Shown here in pieces: positions 31,035 through 40,623 of a stretch of DNA of 64,000 nt; the stretch's first letter is position 1; every line of letters starts with the position of its first letter. Made by a program: the position numbers and the translations under genes. The notes below the pieces were generated by a model. It did no database searches. It was not told the DNA's origin and saw only the letters and a list, made by a program, of their open reading frames with translations. Source of the stretch: Burkholderiales bacterium. Its GTDB lineage: Bacteria > Pseudomonadota > Gammaproteobacteria > Burkholderiales > Burkholderiaceae_C. The stretch spans positions 4,981-68,980 of the forward strand of contig RXJW01000066.1 in the NCBI GenBank assembly GCA_003963005.1. Direction: 5' to 3'.

Positions 31035-32228
31035 ATGAAGAAGAACGTCGCCATCACACTGACCCCCGTCCTGCTGGCCCTGCTCGCCGCCTGCGGCCAG
31101 AAGCCTGATGGCGCTGGCGGCCCTGGCGGCCCCGGTGGACCGCCGCCGGTGTCGGTCGCCCCTGCCACGCAGCGCGAGGTGCAGGAGTTCGACGAATTCA
31201 CCGCCCGCCTCGAAGCCCCGGACACCGTCGACATCCGCGCCCGTGTGGCCGGCACGGTCGAGGCCGTGCGCTTCAAGGAAGGCCAGCTCGTGCGCAAGGG
31301 CGACCCGCTCTTCATGATCGATGCCCGCGCCTTCAAGGCCGACGTCGCCCGCGCCGAAGCCCAGGTGGCGGCCGTCAAGACCCAGGCCGACCTCGCCCGG
31401 GCTGATCTGGCCCGCGCCGAGAAGCTGGTGGCCGTCAACGCCGTCAGCCAGCAGGAGATCGACCAGCTGCGCTCGTCGCTGCGCGCGGCCGAAGCCAATC
31501 TCAAGTCTGCCGAAGCGGCCCTCGTGCAGGCCAAGCTGAACGTCGAGTACGCCACCATCACGGCGCCGGTCGCCGGCCGCACCTCGCGCGCCAACGTCAC
31601 GCCCGGCAACCTCGTCGGCGTGGGCGACCCGGTGCTGACCACGCTCGTCTCCAGCGACAAGGTCTACGCCTACTTCGACGCCAGCGAAGCCACCTACCTG
31701 AAGTACATGCGCGCCGCCAAGCCCGTGTCGGCCGTGCAGATGGGCCTGTCCAACGAGCAGGGCTTCCCGCACACCGGCAAGCTCGATTTCGTCGACAACC
31801 GCCTGAACCCCGCCACGGCCTCCATCCGCGTCCGCGCGGTGTTCGACAACAAGAACGGCCAGTTCACGCCGGGCCTTTACGCCCGCGTGAAGCTCGGCGG
31901 CAGCGCCACCTACACCGGCGTCGTCGTGCCCGACCGCGCCATCACGACCGACCAGACCCACAAGATCGTGCTCATCGTCGGCCCCAACAACATCGTGCAG
32001 CCGCGCCCCGTGCAACCGGGTGCGCTGGTGGACGGCATGCGCGTCGTGCAGGGCGTGAAGGCCGGTGAGCTGGTCATCGTGGACGGCCTGCTGCGCGCCT
32101 TCCCCGGCGCGCCGGTCACGCCGCAGGTGCTGAAGGTCGACGACAAGGGCATGCCCATTCCCGCTCCCCAGCCGGGTGCGCCCGGTGCCGCTCCGGCGCC
32201 TGCCCCGGCCTCTGCCGCCTCGAAGTAA
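31035..32228 (+). CDS. RND efflux membrane fusion lipoprotein (MexE-like)
   Basis: Lipobox LAAC, IRARVAG, ITAPVAGR, DFVDNRLN. Confidence 0.93.
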   Translation: MKKNVAITLTPVLLALLAACGQKPDGAGGPGGPGGPPPVSVAPATQREVQEFDEFTARLEAPDTVDIRARVAGTVEAVRFKEGQLVRKGDPLFMIDARAFKADVARAEAQVAAVKTQADLARADLARAEKLVAVNAVSQQEIDQLRSSLRAAEANLKSAEAALVQAKLNVEYATITAPVAGRTSRANVTPGNLVGVGDPVLTTLVSSDKVYAYFDASEATYLKYMRAAKPVSAVQMGLSNEQGFPHTGKLDFVDNRLNPATASIRVRAVFDNKNGQFTPGLYARVKLGGSATYTGVVVPDRAITTDQTHKIVLIVGPNNIVQPRPVQPGALVDGMRVVQGVKAGELVIVDGLLRAFPGAPVTPQVLKVDDKGMPIPAPQPGAPGAAPAPAPASAASK

Positions 32229-32246
32229 TCCCAAGGCGGACGCCCC

Positions 32247-35200
32247 ATGGACATCTCACGTTTCTTCATCGACCGGCCGCGCTTCGCGACCGTGTTGTCC
32301 CTCTTCATCTTCCTCATCGGCGCGCTGGCCATCCCGCTGCTGCCGATCTCGGAGTACCCCGAGGTCGCGCCGCCGCAGGTGGTGGTGCGCGCCCAGTACC
32401 CGGGTGCCAACCCCCGCGTGATCTCCGAGACGGTGGCGACACCGCTGGAAGAGCAGATCAACGGCCTCGAGAACGTTCTCTACTTCGAGAGCCAGGCGAC
32501 CGGTGACGGCGCCATGACGCTGACCGTCACGTTCAAGATCGGCACGCATCCGGAAGCCGCCGAGACCGCGGTGCAGAACCGCATCAACCGCGCGCTGCCT
32601 CGCCTGCCCGACATCGTGCGCCAGATCGGCGTGACGACCGAGAAGAGCAGCCCGAACCTGACGATGGTGGTCCACCTCGTCAGCCCGGACAACTCGCGCG
32701 ACGCCCTCTACCTGCGCAACTACGGCACGCTGAACGTGCGTGACGACCTGCTGCGCATTCCGGGCATGGGCTCGGTGCTGAGCTTCGGTGCGGGCGACTA
32801 CGCCATGCGCATCTGGCTCGACCCGCAGAAGCTCGCCGGCCACAACCTCACCGCGTCCGACGTGGTGGTCGCCATCCGTGAGCAGAACACGCAGGTGGCC
32901 GCCGGCGTCGTGGGGGCCTCGCCCTCGCCGAAGGGCACCGACTTCCAGCTCAGCATCAACGCCCAGGGGCGCCTGGCGAGCGAGCAGGAGTTCGGCGACA
33001 TCATCGTGCGCACCGACACCCGCACCGGCGCGCTCGTGCGTGTGAAGGACCTCGGCCGTGTCGAGATCAGCGCCAACTCCTACGCGCTGCGCAGCCTGCT
33101 GAACAACAAGGAAGCCGCGGCCATCGCCATCTTCCAGGCACCGGGCTCCAACGCGCTGGCCATCTCCGACAACGTCCGCAAGACGATGGAGCGCCTAAAG
33201 CCCAGCTTCCCCAAGGGCGTGGACTACGCCATCGTCTACGACCCGACGCGCTTCGTGCAGACCTCCATCGAGAAGGTCGTGCACACGCTGTTCGAGGCCG
33301 TGGCGCTGGTGGTGCTGGTGGTCATCATCTTCCTGCAGACCTGGCGCGCGTCCATCATCCCGCTAGTGGCCGTGCCGGTGTCCATCGTCGGCACCTTCGC
33401 CTTCCTGCTGCTGCTGGGCTTCTCGATCAACACGCTGACCTTGTTCGGCCTCGTGCTGGCCATCGGCATCGTGGTGGACGACGCGATCGTGGTGGTGGAG
33501 AACGTCGAGCGCAACATCCAGGAAGGCCTGACGCCGCATGACGCCACCGTCAAGGCGATGCGCGAGGTGTCGGGCCCCATCATCGCGATCGCGCTGGTGC
33601 TGTGCGCGGTGTTCATCCCGCTGACGCTGGTGCCGGGCCTGTCGGGCCAGTTCTACAAGCAGTTCGCGGTGACGATCGCCATCTCGACCGTCATCTCGGC
33701 CTTCAACTCGCTGACCCTGTCGCCCGCGCTGGCCGCCATCCTGCTGCGCCCGCACGATGCGCCCAAGGACGCGCTCACGCGCGGCATGGACCGCATCTTC
33801 GGTCGCTTCTTCCACTGGTTCAACTGCGCCTTCCAGCGCCGCTCGGCCGGCTATGGCCGCGGCGTGAACGGCATCCTCAAGCGCAAGTCGCTGGCGCTCG
33901 TCGTCTACGCGCTGCTGCTCGGTGCCACGGCGCTGGTGTTCTCGCGCATCCCGAGCGGCTTCGTGCCAGCGCCCGACAAGCAGTACCTGATCGGCGTGGC
34001 CCAGCTGCCCGCGGGCTCAAGCCTGGATCGCACCGAAGAAGTGATCCGCCAGATGAGCGCCATCGCGCTGAAGGTGCCCGGCATCGTCGACTCGGTGGCC
34101 TTCCCCGGCCTGTCGGTGGCCGGCTTCTCGGCCTCGCCGAACGAGGGCATCGTGTTCTTCGGCCTGGAAGACTTCGAGAAGCGCACCTCGCGCGACAAGA
34201 GCAAGGAAGCGATCCTCGGCCAGGTCAACGGCGCCATCCAGCAGATCCAGGGCGCGCGCATGTTCGTCGTGCCGCCGCCGCCGGTGGATGGTCTCGGCAT
34301 CGCCGGGGGCTTCAAGGTGCAGGTGCAGGACCGCAGCAGCCAGGGTGAACAGGCGCTCTATGGCGCCACCTGGGGCACGCTCGGCCAGATCTACGGCAAC
34401 CCGGCCACGTCGATCGGCACGCCGTATTCCACCTACGACATCAACGTGCCGCAACTGTTTGCGAATGTGGACCGGGTGAAGGCCAAGCAGATGGGCGTGC
34501 CGCTGGGCTCGATCTACGACACGCTGCAGATCAACCTTGGCTCGCTCTATGTCAACGACTTCACCAAGTTCGGCAAGACCTACCAGGTCATCGTGCAGGC
34601 CGACGCGCCCTTCCGCGCCAAGGCCGAGGACGTGACCCAGCTCAAGACCCGCAACGAAGCCGGCGAGATGGTGCCGCTGGGCTCGCTGATGCATGTGGAG
34701 CCGACCTTCGGCCCGACCCGCGTCACGCGCTACAACGGCTTCCCGAGCGCCGACATCAACGGCGCACCCAAGCCCGGCTTCTCGTCGGGACAGGCCGAGG
34801 TGGAGATCGAGCGCCTGCTCAAGACCCTGCCGCGCGGCTTCGGCTACGAGTTCACCGACCTGAGCTACCAGGACCGCCTGACCCGCGACGTGACCCTCCC
34901 CGGCACGAGCATCAAGGTGCCGACGCTGGCGGCCGTGCTCGCCTTCTCGGTGCTGCTCGTCATCCTCGTGCTGGCCGCGCAGTACGAGAGCTGGTCGCTG
35001 CCGCTGGCCATCATCCTGATCGTGCCGATGTGCATCCTGTCCGCGCTGTTCGGCGTGTGGCTGTCGCACCTGCCGCCCTTCATGCAGGCCGGTGACCTGA
35101 ACATCTTCACGCAGGTGGCGCTCGTCGTGCTGGTGGGCCTGGCGTGCAAGAACGCCATCCTGATCGTCGAGTTCGCCAAGGAGCTGGAGGAGCAGGGCCG

Positions 35201-35537
35201 CACGATCCGCGACGCCGTCATCGAAGCCTGCCGCCTGCGGCTGCGCCCCATCCTGATGACGTCCATCGCCTTCTGCGCGGGCGTGATCCCGCTGATCCTG
35301 GGCAGCGGCGCCGGCAGCGAAATGCGCCGCGCGATGGGCATCGCCGTGTTCTCCGGCATGCTCGGCGTGACGCTCTTCGGCATCTTCCTGACGCCGGTGT
35401 TCTACAGCCTGCTGCGCGCCGGCACCGAGAAGCGCCGTGCCCGCGCGGCCGCGCTGCGGGCGCAAGTCGACGCAGCCGCCCACGCCTTCCACCCCGGCAT
35501 CGATGATGCCGACACGAACAAGAAGGAGGGCCGTTGA
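32247..35537 (+). CDS. HAE1 RND efflux permease (MexF/OqxB-like)
   Basis: FFIDRPRFA, GIVVDDAIVVVENVER, KNAILIVEFA, RLRPILMTS. Confidence 0.96.
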   Translation: MDISRFFIDRPRFATVLSLFIFLIGALAIPLLPISEYPEVAPPQVVVRAQYPGANPRVISETVATPLEEQINGLENVLYFESQATGDGAMTLTVTFKIGTHPEAAETAVQNRINRALPRLPDIVRQIGVTTEKSSPNLTMVVHLVSPDNSRDALYLRNYGTLNVRDDLLRIPGMGSVLSFGAGDYAMRIWLDPQKLAGHNLTASDVVVAIREQNTQVAAGVVGASPSPKGTDFQLSINAQGRLASEQEFGDIIVRTDTRTGALVRVKDLGRVEISANSYALRSLLNNKEAAAIAIFQAPGSNALAISDNVRKTMERLKPSFPKGVDYAIVYDPTRFVQTSIEKVVHTLFEAVALVVLVVIIFLQTWRASIIPLVAVPVSIVGTFAFLLLLGFSINTLTLFGLVLAIGIVVDDAIVVVENVERNIQEGLTPHDATVKAMREVSGPIIAIALVLCAVFIPLTLVPGLSGQFYKQFAVTIAISTVISAFNSLTLSPALAAILLRPHDAPKDALTRGMDRIFGRFFHWFNCAFQRRSAGYGRGVNGILKRKSLALVVYALLLGATALVFSRIPSGFVPAPDKQYLIGVAQLPAGSSLDRTEEVIRQMSAIALKVPGIVDSVAFPGLSVAGFSASPNEGIVFFGLEDFEKRTSRDKSKEAILGQVNGAIQQIQGARMFVVPPPPVDGLGIAGGFKVQVQDRSSQGEQALYGATWGTLGQIYGNPATSIGTPYSTYDINVPQLFANVDRVKAKQMGVPLGSIYDTLQINLGSLYVNDFTKFGKTYQVIVQADAPFRAKAEDVTQLKTRNEAGEMVPLGSLMHVEPTFGPTRVTRYNGFPSADINGAPKPGFSSGQAEVEIERLLKTLPRGFGYEFTDLSYQDRLTRDVTLPGTSIKVPTLAAVLAFSVLLVILVLAAQYESWSLPLAIILIVPMCILSALFGVWLSHLPPFMQAGDLNIFTQVALVVLVGLACKNAILIVEFAKELEEQGRTIRDAVIEACRLRLRPILMTSIAFCAGVIPLILGSGAGSEMRRAMGIAVFSGMLGVTLFGIFLTPVFYSLLRAGTEKRRARAAALRAQVDAAAHAFHPGIDDADTNKKEGR

Positions 35538-35538
35538 C

Positions 35539-36933
35539 ATGCTCGTCCGCCTGACCCCCCTCGCCCTGGCCGCGGTGCTGCTCACCGGCTGCGCCGCGCC
35601 AGGCCTGTCCGAAGGCCCGAAGAATCTGGCACCCGCCACCTTCGCCCAGCTGCCGCCGGCCAACCCCGGCGCCGCCACGATGACGGCCGCCTTCGTCGAC
35701 AGCGCGCAGCTGCAGCGCGTCGTCGACGAGGTGCTCGCCAACAACCGCGACCTGCGCGGCGCTGCCGCGCGGCTCAAGCAGGCCGAGGCCCTGGCCGATG
35801 CCGCCGGGGCCCGCCGGCTGCCGTCGGTGAGCGCGGGTGCCGACGCGAGCCGCCGGCGCGCGCCGAACGACCAGGGCGTCTACAACAACTTCAACAGCTA
35901 CGGCGTGAACGCCACGGCCGCGTGGGAAGTGGACCTTTGGGGCCGCGTGGCCGCCAATGCCCAGGCCGCGGGGCAGGACGCCCAGAGCGCGGCCCTGGAC
36001 CGCGATGCCGCCGCACTCAGCCTCGCCGGCACCGCGCTGAACCTTCAGGCCCAGCTGATCGGCCTGGGCCACCGCCTCAAGCTCGCCAAGGAAACGCTGG
36101 TCGTGCAGAACCAGCTGCTCGACCTCGTGAAGGCCCGCGTGGGTGCCGGCCGCGGCACGGCGCTTGACCAGGCCCGCGCCGAGGCGCTGGTCGCGCAGAC
36201 CTCGGCCAGCGTGCCGGCCCTGCGCAATGCCGCCTGCCTCACGCGCCTGCAGCTCGACGTGCTGCGCGGCCAGACGCCGGCCGATTGCGACAAGGCCGAC
36301 AGCGACCCGCTGCCCGCCATGCCCGAGCCGCGCCTCATCAGCCTGGGCACGCTGCCCGACCCGACCGGCCTGCTGGCGGCACGCCCCGATGTGAAGGCCG
36401 CGGCCGTGCGCGCCCAGGCGGCAGCCTCCCGCGCCAAGGTCGCGTGGGCGGCGCGCTGGCCGACGCTCGGCCTCACCGGCCAGATCGGCTGGAGTGCCGG
36501 CAAGGCGGGCGACCTGTTCAAGAGCGGCACGCAGATCCACAGCATCGCCGGCGCGCTGAACTGGAACTTCCTGGACTTCGGCGCCCGCAAGGCCGAGGAG
36601 AGCGCGGCACGGGCCGGTTTCGAGGCCGCCGTGGCAGCCGCCGAGCAGGCCCAGCTCACCGCGCTGCAGGACGCGCAAGGCAGCTTGTCCACGCTGCGCG
36701 AGACCGAGCTGCAAGCCACCTCGCAGGCCACCGCCGCCGAGGCCACGCAGCGTGCCCGCGACCTGGCGCTGAAGCGCTACGAAGCCGGCGTGACCGACTT
36801 CTACGCGCTGCTCAGCGCCGAGCAGGAGCGCCTGGCGGCGCAGGATGCGCTGATCCAGGTGCAGACCCGCCGCGCCACCGCACTGCTGGACGTGCACAAG
36901 GCCTTCGCGGCGCGGCTGACGGCCGCGAACTGA
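35539..36933 (+). CDS. Efflux outer membrane lipoprotein (OprN/NodT/TolC family)
   Basis: SD AGGAGG, lipobox LTGC, WEVDLWGR, LLAARPDV. Confidence 0.92.
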   Translation: MLVRLTPLALAAVLLTGCAAPGLSEGPKNLAPATFAQLPPANPGAATMTAAFVDSAQLQRVVDEVLANNRDLRGAAARLKQAEALADAAGARRLPSVSAGADASRRRAPNDQGVYNNFNSYGVNATAAWEVDLWGRVAANAQAAGQDAQSAALDRDAAALSLAGTALNLQAQLIGLGHRLKLAKETLVVQNQLLDLVKARVGAGRGTALDQARAEALVAQTSASVPALRNAACLTRLQLDVLRGQTPADCDKADSDPLPAMPEPRLISLGTLPDPTGLLAARPDVKAAAVRAQAAASRAKVAWAARWPTLGLTGQIGWSAGKAGDLFKSGTQIHSIAGALNWNFLDFGARKAEESAARAGFEAAVAAAEQAQLTALQDAQGSLSTLRETELQATSQATAAEATQRARDLALKRYEAGVTDFYALLSAEQERLAAQDALIQVQTRRATALLDVHKAFAARLTAAN

Positions 36934-37007
36934 CGCGCGGGCCGGATGGCGGGGTGGGCGGGGCGAACGCCGTCGTGCCCCCCGCCCGCGCCGGCTACGC
37001 TCGCGGC

Positions 37008-38078
37008 ATGACCGTTCTGTCGCGCCGCTGGCGCCTGCCCTACGTCGCCCTGCTGACCGTCGTCGGCCTGCTGCTCAGCGCCTCCGCGCTGGAGGCCTAC
37101 CGACTGTCCGGGGGCCGGCGGCCGTGGGAGCCGTTCCTGTGGGAGTTCAGCTCCGTCTACGTCATCGGCCTGTTGGCGGTCGGCGTGCATGCCCTCGTGG
37201 GCCGGCTGCAGGGCCAGCCCTGGCCGCGTCAACTTGCCGCGCATGCGGTGGCCTTGCCGCTCTTCAGCGGGCTGCACATCGCCGGCATGTTCGGCCTGCG
37301 GCTGGCGGTGTACGGCCTCGTCGGTGTGGACTACCGGCCCGACGCGCTGGCCACGCTGCTCGTCTTCGAAGGCGGCAAGGACGCGGTGAGCTACCTCAGC
37401 TTCTGCCTGATCTCGCGCGGCATCTGGATGGCGCAGGCCGCGGCCGTGCGGGCCCGGGAGCTCGAGCGCACGCAGCGCGAGCTGGCCGAGGCGCGGCTGG
37501 CCCGCCTGGCCGACCAGGTGCAGCCGCACTTCCTGTTCAACACGCTGAACCTGATCTCGTCCGTCATGTATGAGGACGTCGCCCGCGCCGACCGGCTGCT
37601 GTGCGACCTCGCCCAGCTGCTGCGCCAGACGCTCGCCGCGCAGCAGCGTGCCGAGCACAGCCTCGGGGAGGAGCTGGCCCTCGTGGCGCCCTTCCTCGCG
37701 CTGATGCAGGCCCGCTTCGGGCCCGAGCGCCTGGACGTGCAGCTCGATGCCGACGAGGCCGCCCGCGCCTGCCGGCTGCCGGCGCTGCTGCTGCTCACGC
37801 CGGTGGAGAACGCCGTCAAGCACGACGTGGCGCGCCACCGCGGCCGGGTGACGGTGCGCGTCGCGGCCGTGCGCTCGGCGGATCGGCTGCACGTGCAGGT
37901 GAGCAACCAGGCCGATGCATCCGCCACCGAACGGGCACCACCCGACCCGGCCGGCGGCCTGGGCCTGCGCAACCTGCGCGAGCGGCTGCAGGCCCGCTAC
38001 GGCGATGCGGCCAACGTCAGCTTCGGGCCCGAGGGTGGCGGCATGACGCTGCGGCTGGACCTGCCATGCGGGTGCTGA
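37008..38078 (+). CDS. LytS/YehU-type sensor histidine kinase
   Basis: N-terminal TMs, QVQPHFLFNTLN, VENAVKH, GLGLRNLRERL. Confidence 0.92.
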   Translation: MTVLSRRWRLPYVALLTVVGLLLSASALEAYRLSGGRRPWEPFLWEFSSVYVIGLLAVGVHALVGRLQGQPWPRQLAAHAVALPLFSGLHIAGMFGLRLAVYGLVGVDYRPDALATLLVFEGGKDAVSYLSFCLISRGIWMAQAAAVRARELERTQRELAEARLARLADQVQPHFLFNTLNLISSVMYEDVARADRLLCDLAQLLRQTLAAQQRAEHSLGEELALVAPFLALMQARFGPERLDVQLDADEAARACRLPALLLLTPVENAVKHDVARHRGRVTVRVAAVRSADRLHVQVSNQADASATERAPPDPAGGLGLRNLRERLQARYGDAANVSFGPEGGGMTLRLDLPCGC

Positions 38079-38758
38079 TCGTCGACGACGAGCCCGCGGC
38101 GCGCGCCAAGCTGCGCCGGCTGCTGCGCGCCGAGGCGGACGTGGCCGAGCTGCTGGAGGCGCCCGATGCGCCCGCCGCGCTGGCCCTGGTGCAGGCCCAG
38201 TCGGCGCCGCCCGACCTCGCGCTGCTGGACATCGAGATGCCCGGCGGCAACGGCGTGCAGCTCGCGGCCGCCCTGCGCGAGGCCGGTGTGCGCAGCATCG
38301 TCTTCTCCACGGCGCATGCCGAGCATGCGCTGCAGGCCTTCGAGCTGGCCGCGCTCGACTACCTGCTCAAGCCCTACACGCCCGAGCGGCTGCAGGCTGC
38401 GCTGGCCCGCGTTCGGGAGCAACACGCACGGCCGGCCGCATCGCCGGGCGAATGGTGGGTGGACGGTGAGCGCGTGCGCCTGGCCGACGTGCACTGGATC
38501 TCCGCGGCCGACAACTACATCGAGCTGCACCTGCCGCCGCGCAGCCTGCTGGAGCGCACGACCCTGGCCGAGGCGCTGACACGGCCGGGCTGGTCGGCGC
38601 GCTTCCTGCGGGTGCATCGGAGCCACGCGGTCAACCCGGATCGGGTGCAGCGCGTCGAGCGCCTGCCCGGGGGCGAGGCCCTGCTGACGCTGCACGGCGG
38701 CCAGGTGCTGCGCGTGTCGCGCGGCTATCGCGGCGTGCTGGACGCGTTCGCCCCGTAG
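38066..38758 (+). CDS. LytTR family response regulator
   Basis: Receiver IVDDE, LDIEMP, DYLLKP; LytTR motif FLRVHRS. Confidence 0.93.
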   Translation: MRVLIVDDEPAARAKLRRLLRAEADVAELLEAPDAPAALALVQAQSAPPDLALLDIEMPGGNGVQLAAALREAGVRSIVFSTAHAEHALQAFELAALDYLLKPYTPERLQAALARVREQHARPAASPGEWWVDGERVRLADVHWISAADNYIELHLPPRSLLERTTLAEALTRPGWSARFLRVHRSHAVNPDRVQRVERLPGGEALLTLHGGQVLRVSRGYRGVLDAFAP

Positions 38759-38775
38759 CACCCGCCACTGGCCCC
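38745..38775 (+). promoter_or_regulatory. Putative LytTR direct-repeat binding site
   Basis: CGTTCGCCCC (38745) and CACTGGCCCC (38766), 21 bp apart; the same 10-mer occurs on the minus strand upstream of lytS (36960-36969). Confidence 0.5.
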
Positions 38776-38817
38776 AGCGGCGTCGCGCCAGCCGCGCGCC
38801 TGGCGGAAGCTGGCGGC

Positions 38818-40128
38818 ATGAACACCTCGTCCTCTTCCCGCCTGCCCTTTCTCGACGGTCTGCGCGTGGCGGCGTTCGCGCTGCTGATCCCGTACCACGT
38901 CGGCATGTACTACGTGACCTGGGACTGGCATGTGAAGAGCCCCGCGGCGAGCAGCGCGCTGGAGCCCTTCATGATGCTCACGTCGCCCTGGCGGCTGGGC
39001 CTGCTGTTCCTGATCGCGGGGGCGGCCTGCCAGGGCCTGTTCATGAAGCGCGGCGTGCTCGGCACCGTGAAGGATCGCAGCCTGCGCCTGCTGCTGCCGC
39101 TGATCTTCGGCATGGCCGTCATCGTCACGCCGCAGGCCTATTTCGAGGTGCTGACGAAGGCGCCGCAGCTGCTGCCGGGCGACGGCGGCTACCTCGATTT
39201 CTGGGCGGCCTACCTGCGCGGCGGCAAATACTGCCGCGGCAGCGATTGCATGGACGTGCCGACCTGGAACCACCTGTGGTTCCTGCCCTACCTGTGGCTG
39301 TACGCGGTCGTCGGCGCCCTCACCACGGGCCTGCTCCGCGCCGCGGTGCGCGTGCCGGTGGCGTGGCGCGGCCCGGTGTGGGCCTGGCTGCTGATGCCTG
39401 CGCTCGTTCTGGCGCTGCTGCGGGTGTGGGTCATGCCGCATCACCCGACGACGCACAACCTCACGCACGACCTCTACAACCACCTGCAGTACGGCGGGCT
39501 GTTCGCCGTCGGCTGGGTCAGCCGCACGCCGATCGCGGACGGCTTCTGGGCGGCGGCGCTGCGGCTGCGCTGGGTGGCCCTGGCCCTGGCGCTGGCGGGC
39601 TGGACCGGCATCGTGGCGTTCAATGCGGCCTATGCCGACGCCACGCCGGCCGACGGTGTGCTGGCGGCAGCGCGCCTGTCGCGCGGCGCGCAGACCTGGT
39701 GGTGCATCGTCGCCGCCTGCGGCTGGGCGCAGCGGGTGTTCACGCGGGAGTCACCGGCGCTGCGCCAGGCGAGCGCGGCGGTGTTCTGCCTGTACATCCT
39801 GCACCAGAGCGTCATCGTGGTGCTGAGCCAGGCGCTCAAGCCGGCCGCGCTGCCCTGGGGCGTGGAGGCCGTGGTGCTGATCGTCGCGACGGCGGTGCTG
39901 TGCGGGGGGGTCTACCTGGGCGCGCGTCGCGTGCCAGGCCTGGCGCTGCTGCTCGGCATTCAGCGCGCCGGCGCCGGCAGGATGGGGCAGTTGACGACGA
40001 TGTCCGTGACCGACAGCGTCAGCTCGCCGGCCTCGGCCGCGGCCAGCAGTGCCTCTTCGGAGCGCAGCTCGCGCACCGCCGCGCCCGGCTTCCAGGCCAC
40101 CAGCACCAGCCGCCACAAAGGGCTGTAG
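38818..40128 (+). CDS. Acyltransferase family 3 (OpgC/MdoC-like) membrane protein
   Basis: LDGLR...YH, LFLIAG, R..RLLLPL, HLWFLPYL, YILHQ. Confidence 0.88.
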   Translation: MNTSSSSRLPFLDGLRVAAFALLIPYHVGMYYVTWDWHVKSPAASSALEPFMMLTSPWRLGLLFLIAGAACQGLFMKRGVLGTVKDRSLRLLLPLIFGMAVIVTPQAYFEVLTKAPQLLPGDGGYLDFWAAYLRGGKYCRGSDCMDVPTWNHLWFLPYLWLYAVVGALTTGLLRAAVRVPVAWRGPVWAWLLMPALVLALLRVWVMPHHPTTHNLTHDLYNHLQYGGLFAVGWVSRTPIADGFWAAALRLRWVALALALAGWTGIVAFNAAYADATPADGVLAAARLSRGAQTWWCIVAACGWAQRVFTRESPALRQASAAVFCLYILHQSVIVVLSQALKPAALPWGVEAVVLIVATAVLCGGVYLGARRVPGLALLLGIQRAGAGRMGQLTTMSVTDSVSSPASAAASSASSERSSRTAAPGFQATSTSRHKGL

Positions 40129-40442
40129 TGGGGGTCGGGCGCGGAGCCCGGCGCGGCGGGCGCCGACGGGAAGATGCTGATCTGCGCGCCGTCGCTGAAC
40201 TTGTAGACCCGCTCGGTGAGCGAGGCCCGGCCGCTGCCCAGCGCGTCGCGCAGGCGCGGCACGTGGTTCACGCCGCCCTGGGCCGCCATCGCGGCGTCGG
40301 AGATGTCGGTGGTGACGTAGTCGACCCGCCGACCGTCCACCCAGGCTTGCTGGCGGGGCAGCGTGGCCACGTCGGCCGGGTGAGGCACCAGCGCACAGCC
40401 GGCAAGCGCAAGGGTCAGACAGGCAAGGGCAATGGCTCGCAT
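39960..40442 (-). CDS. Hypothetical lipoprotein (YSPLW...VVNCP motif)
   Basis: Lipobox LAGC; non-random composition; conserved-looking YSPLWR and VVNCP motifs. Confidence 0.7.
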   Translation of the reverse strand: MRAIALACLTLALAGCALVPHPADVATLPRQQAWVDGRRVDYVTTDISDAAMAAQGGVNHVPRLRDALGSGRASLTERVYKFSDGAQISIFPSAPAAPGSAPDPHYSPLWRLVLVAWKPGAAVRELRSEEALLAAAEAGELTLSVTDIVVNCPILPAPAR

Positions 40443-40623
40443 GGTGGGCAGTCGTGGCAGGCGGTCAGAACCTGACGGTCGGTCGTGCGGCCGTCGTCAG
40501 TCGAGCCCGACGGCACCCCCCCAGAACACCCGTCGATCCACCTTTGTGAGGATGTGGGGGCGGTGATCGGTCGTCAGAATTTTCCGGCATCGGACGCGTG
40601 TCGCGCCCGCTTTGGAGAGTGCC

